Part shown: piece by piece, positions 24,978 through 32,000 of the stretch
How positions within the stretch are numbered: position 1 is the stretch's first letter
Layout of the letters: each line of letters begins with the position of its first letter
NCBI GenBank assembly: GCA_047651235.1
Contig: CP178758.1
Location: forward strand, 1,740,001 to 1,772,000
From: Candidatus Electrothrix yaqonensis
GTDB taxonomy: Bacteria > Desulfobacterota > Desulfobulbia > Desulfobulbales > Desulfobulbaceae
DNA length: 32,000 nucleotides
Direction of reading: 5' to 3'
Notes under the pieces: model-generated
What the model saw: only the letters and a program-made list of their open reading frames with translations
Database searches by the model: none
Told to the model about the DNA's origin: nothing
Translations under genes and position numbers: made by a program

Positions 24978-26012
24978 TCAGGGAAGACCGTACATAACAA
25001 AATTATTCATCAGAGCGGTCGTCGCTTTCCTGATCGCCTGTTCAAACAGAGTATCATATTTGCTCTCGGCCAGTACTGATTCCGGCGCAACCCGGACATC
25101 AACCCGGTTTGTCCAGACGACGCTAGCATCATAGGCACTCTGTACCCAGATACGCATCTGCACAACCGCCTGATCTACCCGACCGCCATGTGCGGCTGCA
25201 CTGCCAAAAGCAGCACCTGCTAATGACCAAGTAATAGCATTAGCACCCTGTCCGCCGCTTATCCCCAAAAAATCGGTTGAGCTGTCCGGATCCCAAGGGC
25301 CTCCGGCATTATTGCCGATAACAGCTCCCCATGTTCCGCCAGCCAGAATATTATCCCAGTTGTCATAGCTGTCAGAAGCTGCAAAACCGAACATCATTCG
25401 GTTTGCCGAACCGATAGCAAAGGGCAGCATTCCCCGTTTCCATGGTGCCCACGTATGTTCCTGTCTGGCCCTGAACTCAAGAATTCGTCCCCGAATAATA
25501 TAGTCAGCGCCGAACTTACGACCGAGCTTCACCACCTCCTGAGAAGTCAGACCGTGTGTGCCGGGACTGTCCGGTGTCGCTGTACTTTGGCTTTCCGTGT
25601 TCAGGTGCTTCATATAGCTCTGCAGCTTGCCCTTCATGGTATCAGACCAGTCAGGATCCTGCAGTTCATAGGCAAGCGAAGCCGAGCCTTCCTTCTCATA
25701 CCGGGAAACGGTGATAATTTTCTGCTCGACCAGATATGCAAAAACGTCTTCCTGAATAGACAGCCCGAAGCCGTTGCTGGTCAGATTATCTGTCAATGAT
25801 TCAGTCACCAGCAAATTACGCCGGTAGGCTGAAGCAATATTATCCCCGTTACTGTAATCGGCAAAAGGAAGAATGACTGCCGTCATACCTTTCCCGCGCG
25901 CCTTGGGATTCACATCGCCAGGAATCATCAGGGTTTCAATACTGGTTTGACCGCAGCCGGCCAGCATACCGATCAATACAATCCCCGTAGACACGTATTT
26001 CAGCAGGTTCAT
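24978..26012 (-). CDS. Outer-membrane lipoprotein with CsgG/HfaB-like architecture and a large Gly/Trp/Ala-rich insert
   Basis: The lipobox is canonical (GMLAG|C, Cys20). AVILPFADYSNG, LVTESLTDNLTSNGF, VFAYLVEQKII, GADYIIRGRILEF and VDQAVVQMRIWV occur in the same order as the conserved CsgG blocks I recall (VSVYNIQDETG, LVTALKDSRWF, NERKII, MVEGSIIGYE, LDQIAVNLRVV). AGGAG is the SD. Confidence 0.5.
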   Translation of the reverse strand: MNLLKYVSTGIVLIGMLAGCGQTSIETLMIPGDVNPKARGKGMTAVILPFADYSNGDNIASAYRRNLLVTESLTDNLTSNGFGLSIQEDVFAYLVEQKIITVSRYEKEGSASLAYELQDPDWSDTMKGKLQSYMKHLNTESQSTATPDSPGTHGLTSQEVVKLGRKFGADYIIRGRILEFRARQEHTWAPWKRGMLPFAIGSANRMMFGFAASDSYDNWDNILAGGTWGAVIGNNAGGPWDPDSSTDFLGISGGQGANAITWSLAGAAFGSAAAHGGRVDQAVVQMRIWVQSAYDASVVWTNRVDVRVAPESVLAESKYDTLFEQAIRKATTALMNNFVMYGLP

Positions 26013-26053
26013 AGGTACTCCTAAACTTTAATAGAATATAAATAACCTGTTAA

Positions 26054-28087
26054 TTAAATAACCCGAGGCCGCAGTAAAATAATCAGCTCACGCTTTATAG
26101 TCCGCTTTTCCTCGTATCCGAAAAGATACTTCAGAAAGGGAATATCCTTGGTCCCGGGGACAAAATTTTCTCCTTCCTTAACTTCTATCTCACTGATAAG
26201 ACCGCCGACCACAAGCATTGAGCCGTCCTTGATTTTAACCGTTGTACTCATTTCCCGCATATTCACTACAGGCAGACCTACAGTACCAAGTCCAAAGTCT
26301 CTATATTCGATAGGTTCGCTAAGTTCAGAAGTTATCGGCACCAAGTTCATGACTATCTCGTTATCCCTTTTCACCACAGCTGACAGAGCAAGTCCGACAC
26401 CAGACAATACCTGATCGGTATTGATCGTATAGGCGATCTGGCCGGTATCACTGACTTTTGCTTCTACACTGTCAATATAGGTTACATTCTTCCCTACTGA
26501 AATCAGGGCGGGCTGCCCATTCATCACGCTGAGTTTTGGATTGGAAAGAATGGACGTATGCCCCTGCGTCTGCAGCGCCTTAATAAAATCAGGAAAGCTG
26601 AAACTCGTCAACAAAGAGGCTCCTACGGAAAGAGTTTCCGAGATACCGGTTCCACTGGTAATGATTGTGGCGGCGCTGGTTGCCATATTCAAGGTATCAT
26701 GAAGAAATCCAACTCTTTCATTCAGAATGGTATCACTATCGTAATCAATATTCCTGGGTGAAGTGTACTCGGATTCAAAAGTTCTCTCTATACCGGACGA
26801 TGGGGAAGCTGCTGGAAATGTACCGGACATCTCGTTTTCTATCGTGCCACCTAATTTACCACTATAGGTGTTGCCATCTAATGTATCTGTTGATGATGAC
26901 TCCAGCCCCTCAATTACACCAGTAGTATCATTTCTTAAGCTTGTCTTATCACGTCCAATACTGTTGCGATCTGTATAGGTTGTTCCTACACCTATCTCAC
27001 TCCTGTCGTTGATATCCCTCGTGTACGTTTTCGTTCTGCCGAAGTCGGAATCAGAACGGAACTTCAAGTTATCAAGTATCTGATGCCAATTAACCCCCAG
27101 CGAGGAAGTATCATCCAGCTGCACCTCAATAATCTTCGCTTCAATAACAATCTGCTTGTAGAGTTCCTTCTCAAGAGCAGCAAGATAGTTCTCAATTCTT
27201 TTCTGTAAAGATTTAGGGGCATTAACGGTTATCAGCCCTATGGGTTTATCAATGGTATAAGTAGAGTCAGTAGAAGAAACCCGACGTGATAACTGCGCCG
27301 GAGATGCAGCCTTCTCCTCCCCAGTATCATCTTTCTGGTCTGCCTTCTCCTTGTCTTCGTCTGTTCCGGTTTCAGATGTATCGGGTGTGGTAACACTCGC
27401 ACTCCACGTTGCTATAATACTGTCAATATTTTTTTGAATATTCTCCCAAATATCAAACGTATTACCATCACTGTCGAGCTTTATAATACTCTTAAGTGCT
27501 CCCATCTCATTGTTTGATGAATAATTCTGCTTGATAAAGGGCATGGCAATATGGTACTGCTTGGTCTCCCGGTACTTGATCACCATTGTTGACCCTTCCA
27601 TTTCATGAAAGTAATCCAGCTGCCGAAGAATATTATCAACCGCTTTATAAAAATTATCGTCAGCTGTCACACTTATATCCACAAGAAGATCCTGATCCAC
27701 ATCGCTGGCCCAGCTTAGGCTCATATCCTTATTTCTGACCAGGGCCTTCATCGCCTCTCGGAGCGTAATCGGTTTACGGGTGGTAATATCAGCACCGACT
27801 TTCAGCTCAAACTCATCCGACGACTCGCTGTCCAGCTGAGCATTCATCGCATCATCGTTGATCAGATATCCGGCCTGCCGAAAACGCTTGGGCAGCAGGG
27901 ACGGCTCGATAACCGTGCGCTGATGTCTCTGATCAGCAGCGGAAAGGCGGGCAGGGCGTTCCTGTTTTTCAGTTTTTTTTCCTATACATGAGCAGAGCAG
28001 CAGTGCTGCAACTGCTGCCGTAACCACTCCATGCAACAAACGTATATTGCCTTTCATCATGTCGTCCTTAAAGATTCTCATTGACAC
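26054..28087 (-). CDS. Secretin (PilQ/MshL/GspD superfamily) with a lipoprotein-type signal peptide
   Basis: The N3/secretin junction is IVIEAKIIEVQLDDTSSLGVNW. The secretin core runs FIKALQTQGHTSILSNPKLSVMNGQPALISVG...GLPVVNMREMSTTVKIKDGSMLVVGGLI...IPFLKYLFG...ELIILLRPRVI. The signal is MMKGNIRLLHGVVTAAVAALLLCS|C. The likely start is the ATG at 28060 (AAGGA SD) rather than the GTG at 28087. Confidence 0.85.
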   Translation of the reverse strand: MSMRIFKDDMMKGNIRLLHGVVTAAVAALLLCSCIGKKTEKQERPARLSAADQRHQRTVIEPSLLPKRFRQAGYLINDDAMNAQLDSESSDEFELKVGADITTRKPITLREAMKALVRNKDMSLSWASDVDQDLLVDISVTADDNFYKAVDNILRQLDYFHEMEGSTMVIKYRETKQYHIAMPFIKQNYSSNNEMGALKSIIKLDSDGNTFDIWENIQKNIDSIIATWSASVTTPDTSETGTDEDKEKADQKDDTGEEKAASPAQLSRRVSSTDSTYTIDKPIGLITVNAPKSLQKRIENYLAALEKELYKQIVIEAKIIEVQLDDTSSLGVNWHQILDNLKFRSDSDFGRTKTYTRDINDRSEIGVGTTYTDRNSIGRDKTSLRNDTTGVIEGLESSSTDTLDGNTYSGKLGGTIENEMSGTFPAASPSSGIERTFESEYTSPRNIDYDSDTILNERVGFLHDTLNMATSAATIITSGTGISETLSVGASLLTSFSFPDFIKALQTQGHTSILSNPKLSVMNGQPALISVGKNVTYIDSVEAKVSDTGQIAYTINTDQVLSGVGLALSAVVKRDNEIVMNLVPITSELSEPIEYRDFGLGTVGLPVVNMREMSTTVKIKDGSMLVVGGLISEIEVKEGENFVPGTKDIPFLKYLFGYEEKRTIKRELIILLRPRVI

Positions 28088-28117
28088 CTGTTCTTTTTTA
28101 TTCCTTCAACGGTCGGC

Positions 28118-29782
28118 CTATCTGCCCTGCCCTCTCCCGACTTTTGCCATGATAAATTTTCTTAAATCCGGCGGAACCCGAAATCCGGAATACAGAATCG
28201 CCTTGTAGAGCTTTCGTGCTGCACTATAGTTCCCCTGAGCATCCAGAATACGGGCCTGGGCAATCATGGAATTCAGCGTCTGTCCATACAGCTCCTCAAA
28301 CTTTGCCAGCAGACGCAGGGCCGCATCATACTGTCGCTGCCGCTCACTGAACGCAGCATAGCTGATCAGTGCCTCCTGACTCGGTCTTTCACCGATATTG
28401 ACACTTTGATCAAAATACTGCTGTGCCTGACGGTATTCCTCCATATTGGCATAGCCGACAGCGGCGTTCAGAGCAGCACTGCTGTTTTTCTTATCTGCAG
28501 CAAGTGCCTTTTTCGCAAAAAAGACAGCCTTGGCATTCTGATTAAGTTGTGCAAGATAGATCGATGAAATTTTATTGGCCAATTTACTGTTTTCAGGCCA
28601 GCGGGCAAGGGCTTTTTCATAGAACTGGACAGCGTTTTCCAGTTCGCCTTTTTTTTCCGCTGCTCTTCCGTTGGCGATCAGTTTCTTGGCTTCAAGCTGC
28701 TCCGGCGGGGTATTCTTTTCCTGATCAATAATAATGGCTGTAGTATTTTTTATCTCAACATTCTCCTCAATCTCAAGATCGTCCGGTTTCGGCCAGACAA
28801 ACTCCTGGTCTTTCGGATAGATCACGATAGTATTGTCCCGCTCCATCTTCTTCAGGTCCTTGAGATTTAAAATAATATCAAGAGCAAAATCCCAGGGAAC
28901 ATCATTCAGGGCAAGAGTCAGACTGCCGGAAACCCCCTCAGCCACTACAATATTTTTTCCGGTGATTTCCCGCAGCATCCGAAATACATTATGGAGATCG
29001 ATCTTATAGAAATCTACACTGATCAGCTCACTTTCTCCCGCATTAAGCGTCCGATCTCCGGTGCCGCCGTCTGAACTCCCGCCTGCATCGGCCGAGTTCC
29101 CGGCAACAGCATTCATCGGATCAATCGCCACCACGTGATCATCAATAGAGTTTTTTTCTGAAAACTGCGTGCCGTTGTCCTCCTCGGTCCGGGCAGCATC
29201 AGTTGAATCAGTTGGTTCTGCCGGTTTGCTCACGCCAGTGTCCTCGGAAGTCGGTTCAACTTCAGGGGATTCTTCAACCCTGTCCTCTTCAGCGGATTCC
29301 TGCATTCCTTCCGGGTAAAATTTTTCAACCGTAAGAACAATATCATTCCCTTCCGCTGTTGAACTCCACTGATATTTTTCGGAAAAAGCGAACTCAATAC
29401 TTACCATCTCCGATGTGACATCCTTTATCGCCACCTCAACGCCTCCAACGTCCTTGGGCAGCATGAAACGGTTCCGGTTTTCAATTTCAGCATTACTTAT
29501 ATCTACAGCAATCTTCAGGGGGTCAACCAACCGTTCCACAGAAAAAAAACTTTCCGGCTTTGCAGCGCAAGAAATCGTTATTTTCAGATCTGTTCCGACC
29601 GCTTTTGCACCGAGCCCAGTAACCGCAATTTTCTCCGAAGATGTTTCCTTGTCCGCAGCAGAGACAGATACACTATCTAACTGAAGACCGATGAAAGCGA
29701 GAAGAAAAAATGGAATTAGAAGGAAAGAACCAAAGTTCCCCGGTGTATTATTTCGGCAACTGGAAGAAAAGAAATACAGCAT
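28118..29782 (-). CDS. Signal-peptide protein with AMIN domain, acidic linker, secretin-type N0 (STN-like) domain and C-terminal TPR repeats
   Basis: The AMIN-like block spans aa ~50-155 (LKITISC...PLKIAVDISNAEI...DIVLTVEKF). The D/E/S/T/G-rich linker spans aa ~156-250. The N0-like block is ISVDFYKIDLHNVFRMLREITGKNIVVAEGVSGSLTLALNDVPWDFALDIILNLKDLKKMERDNTIVIYP. The TPR-like region spans aa ~362-535 (AVQFYEKALARWPEN, YRQAQQYFDQS, YSAARKLYKAIL). Confidence 0.7.
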   Translation of the reverse strand: MLYFFSSSCRNNTPGNFGSFLLIPFFLLAFIGLQLDSVSVSAADKETSSEKIAVTGLGAKAVGTDLKITISCAAKPESFFSVERLVDPLKIAVDISNAEIENRNRFMLPKDVGGVEVAIKDVTSEMVSIEFAFSEKYQWSSTAEGNDIVLTVEKFYPEGMQESAEEDRVEESPEVEPTSEDTGVSKPAEPTDSTDAARTEEDNGTQFSEKNSIDDHVVAIDPMNAVAGNSADAGGSSDGGTGDRTLNAGESELISVDFYKIDLHNVFRMLREITGKNIVVAEGVSGSLTLALNDVPWDFALDIILNLKDLKKMERDNTIVIYPKDQEFVWPKPDDLEIEENVEIKNTTAIIIDQEKNTPPEQLEAKKLIANGRAAEKKGELENAVQFYEKALARWPENSKLANKISSIYLAQLNQNAKAVFFAKKALAADKKNSSAALNAAVGYANMEEYRQAQQYFDQSVNIGERPSQEALISYAAFSERQRQYDAALRLLAKFEELYGQTLNSMIAQARILDAQGNYSAARKLYKAILYSGFRVPPDLRKFIMAKVGRGQGR

Positions 29783-29783
29783 G

Positions 29784-30269
29784 TTATTTATCTCCCTCTG
29801 TTCTTAAGCGCATTATTCTCTCTTTGGTAACGATTCTGCCTGATTTTGTCCTGTACGTGTCCGTGAGTTCCACCTGCTTCTCTCTGATCCGCTTGATGAC
29901 CCCATTTCCTATCCGCATCCCTTCGCTCAGATAGTACCCTTTTCCGGTTGCGTCCTCGACCATTGCGATCTTCCTGTTTCCGACACATATCACCCCGACT
30001 AATGTCAAATCTATAGACGCTGCAGGCTGGGGAGGTTCCGGACCGGGAGTTAGGCCCGGCCCACCATTATCTTTAATAAATGGGAGGAAGGGGTCAGGCT
30101 TGTTTTCTTCTATTGTATAGTGAAATGTATCTATGTTCTGCAGCTCCTGTTTTCTTTCTGCTTCCCCGTTCAGTTCTGCCGATCTTGCTTCATCGGCAAA
30201 TCCGATTCCATAACTGAGCAGGATCAGCATAGAGACTGTCTTGCGTAGATTGCAAAAAGAAGATTTCAC
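29784..30269 (-). CDS. pilP: PilP-like periplasmic protein, paralog 2
   Basis: A signal peptide is followed by PDPFLPFIK and a C-terminal beta-sandwich pattern LTLVGVICVGNRKIAMVEDATGKGYYLSEGMRIGNGVIKRIREKQVEL. The start is a GTG with an AAGGAG SD 6 nt upstream. Confidence 0.7.
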   Translation of the reverse strand: MKSSFCNLRKTVSMLILLSYGIGFADEARSAELNGEAERKQELQNIDTFHYTIEENKPDPFLPFIKDNGGPGLTPGPEPPQPAASIDLTLVGVICVGNRKIAMVEDATGKGYYLSEGMRIGNGVIKRIREKQVELTDTYRTKSGRIVTKERIMRLRTEGDK

Positions 30270-30285
30270 TGAAGGCTCCTTTTTA

Positions 30286-30813
30286 TTATTTATTATCGCC
30301 CTCTTTCTTTAAACGCATGACAATCTCTTTTGTCATTGTCCTGCCTGTTTTCGTCTTATACGTTTCCGTAATTTCAACCTGTCCGCCTTCGATCCGTCTG
30401 ATCTTCCCGTGCCTTCCTATCAGCATATTTTCATTCAGACGATACCCTTTTCCGGTAACATCCTCTGCCAAGGCTATTTTTTCGTTCCCTACAGACATTA
30501 TCGCAACTAATTTCAGCTGTCCCGGTTCAAACAGCTGCATCCCCCGTAACGGTCTGTTGTTATCATCAACAATTTCATCGCCCTTCTCTACCTGTTGCGT
30601 TGCATCTTTTTTAATAAACGGCAGAAAAGGATCAGGTCTGTTGGCAAACTGATACTCAAACGCCTCGATCTCGCCCGCTACCTGATCATTCCCTATTTCC
30701 ATGCTGTCGTCGGCTTGGTTTTCCGTTGCCTGTACCAGTACCGATACACACAGCAATGCTGCTGCAAACAGAATTGACAGCAAGATTATCTTTTTTTTCG
30801 CTCCGAACTCCAT
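30286..30813 (-). CDS. pilP: PilP-like periplasmic protein, paralog 1
   Basis: A signal peptide is followed by RPDPFLPFIK and LKLVAIMSVGNEKIALAEDVTGKGYRLNENMLIGRHGKIRRIEGGQVEI. Confidence 0.7.
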   Translation of the reverse strand: MEFGAKKKIILLSILFAAALLCVSVLVQATENQADDSMEIGNDQVAGEIEAFEYQFANRPDPFLPFIKKDATQQVEKGDEIVDDNNRPLRGMQLFEPGQLKLVAIMSVGNEKIALAEDVTGKGYRLNENMLIGRHGKIRRIEGGQVEITETYKTKTGRTMTKEIVMRLKKEGDNK

Positions 30814-30938
30814 TGCACAGTTCCTGTATCTTTACTGTCTTTTTCAGCTGTTGTAACACAACAATATTTTCTCAATACCCATCTCAGCCACCCTCGGTCC
30901 CCATTCTCCCCTGTCAGGCGCAGCCGACCTTTTTCTAA

Positions 30939-31586
30939 CTATTTCTTCTTCTTTTTCTCTTTTTTATCGGGTGAAGCTGCCTGTTCACCAGTAAAACGGT
31001 AGGTCAGCATATTGCAGGAGGAACTCAGCAGCATTTCTCCTTCCTCTTCCTTGGGAGAACTCATTTTGATATTATCTACCGTGACAATTCTCTCCAGTTT
31101 ACTGACCTGATCCAGAAAGTACCCTACATTATGATACGGTCCGCGAATCTGGATGCTGATCGGAATTTCGGCATAAAAGTCCTTGGGTGTTTCATTTCCG
31201 GGTTTAAAGGTATCGAAGTCAAGACCTGCACTTGTGCCGCGATCCGAAATACTGCTAAGCAGATCAGGAATTTCTTTTTCTTCGGGAAGAACCTTCCTGA
31301 TTTTTTTAAATTTTTCTTCTGTCTCAGCAAGCTCCGCCTTGATTTTCGTTATATTCTTTGCTGCCTTTTCGGCCTTATTCACCTCAACCTGCAGATCGTT
31401 CTCTTTTCTCTCCAACTCTTCAATTTTTTTCATTTTCGGGGAAAAAAACGAAAAATAAAATGCAACAATCAACACGATAAGTATCACTGCAGCGATGGCA
31501 AGTTTGATCTTATCATCAAGCGGGATATACTTTTCCTCAATAAAGGTATCAAATTTTGATGCCGGTTTTTCTTTACCTTTAGCCAT
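30939..31586 (-). CDS. pilO: Type IV pilus inner-membrane alignment protein PilO
   Basis: An N-terminal TM helix (LAIAAVILIVLIVAFYFSFF) is followed by a coiled coil. The sequence also carries IPDLLSSISDRGTSAGLDFDTFKP, IQIRGPYHNVGYFLDQVSKLERIVTV and a Lys-rich tail. Confidence 0.85.
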   Translation of the reverse strand: MAKGKEKPASKFDTFIEEKYIPLDDKIKLAIAAVILIVLIVAFYFSFFSPKMKKIEELERKENDLQVEVNKAEKAAKNITKIKAELAETEEKFKKIRKVLPEEKEIPDLLSSISDRGTSAGLDFDTFKPGNETPKDFYAEIPISIQIRGPYHNVGYFLDQVSKLERIVTVDNIKMSSPKEEEGEMLLSSSCNMLTYRFTGEQAASPDKKEKKKKK

Positions 31587-31588
31587 AG

Positions 31589-32000
31589 TTACTTGCCAGT
31601 TTCCTTGGAAGACTCTTCTTCAGCCGATCCGGGCAGACCGACCGAACAGGACAGGCTGAAGCTTTTAAGCTTTCTTCCCGCATAGTTGGTCTGTGAAGAG
31701 GATGCCAAAGTCACATCAGAAATATATTCCGACTCCTTCAGTTCCTCAAGATATTTTGCGATTGTCCGGTTGTCGAGAGCTATACCGTTCAGTTTCAAAT
31801 CGCTGCCCCCCTGATCAAGACTGGTCAGCCACATCCGTTCGTGAGGAGTAATGCTGGCGACCTCGTCAAGGAGACGCACAGTCAGCACGGATTCTTTTTT
31901 CAGCTTCTTGACGATGGCGATCTGTTTTTCAACAAGTGCCTTCTTTTCTTCCAGTTTTTTGATGTCCTTCAGCACATCCTCCAGTTCGTTTTTTCGTACG
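31589..32000 (-). CDS. pilN: PilN-like protein, 5'-truncated by the window edge (C-terminal ~135 aa)
   Basis: The frame stays open to nt 32000. A coiled coil is followed by LLDEVASITPHERMWLTSLDQGGSDLKLNGIALDNRTIAKYLEELKESEYISDVTL, typical of the PilN C-terminal domain. The stop lies 2 nt before the pilO ATG. Confidence 0.75.
   Translation of the reverse strand, partial: VRKNELEDVLKDIKKLEEKKALVEKQIAIVKKLKKESVLTVRLLDEVASITPHERMWLTSLDQGGSDLKLNGIALDNRTIAKYLEELKESEYISDVTLASSSQTNYAGRKLKSFSLSCSVGLPGSAEEESSKETGK

Overview
This 32-kb window looks like a bacterial chromosome. The protein sequences suggest a Desulfobacterota or deltaproteobacterium-like organism, but that is only a guess and cannot be verified here. 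Both edges cut genes. A housekeeping backbone is clear: mutS, a minus-strand run gmhA/diaA-like, dinG, polyprenyl synthase, bioF and bioG, then adk, hom, fructokinase plus amylosucrase, and secB. Three accessory-looking islands interrupt it. (i) nt 1-8550 holds a 5'-truncated STAND NTPase with a TM helix and a cysteine-less FGE/SUMF1-like domain. It also holds an LRR-Roc-COR GTPase with an in-frame 72-bp partial duplication, a strictly phased 23-bp x10 repeat array, and a DDE (YREK) transposase remnant. (ii) nt 16.8-20.5 kb holds two paralogous secreted seven-bladed FG-GAP propeller proteins, one built from about 97% identical 165-bp units. They share a short hydrophobic C-terminal tail and are separated by a ghost copy of the hom 3' end. 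A DUF2807/GIN protein lies alongside. (iii) nt 24.9-32.0 kb is a more AT-rich, tightly packed minus-strand operon: pilN(partial)-pilO-pilP-pilP'-[AMIN+N0+TPR protein]-[lipoprotein secretin with a long insert]-[CsgG-like lipoprotein]. This non-canonical secretin/T4P-like envelope machine is my top candidate for an undescribed system. I recognised no rRNA, tRNA or CRISPR array by eye. All homology calls rest on motif recognition from memory, not on searches.
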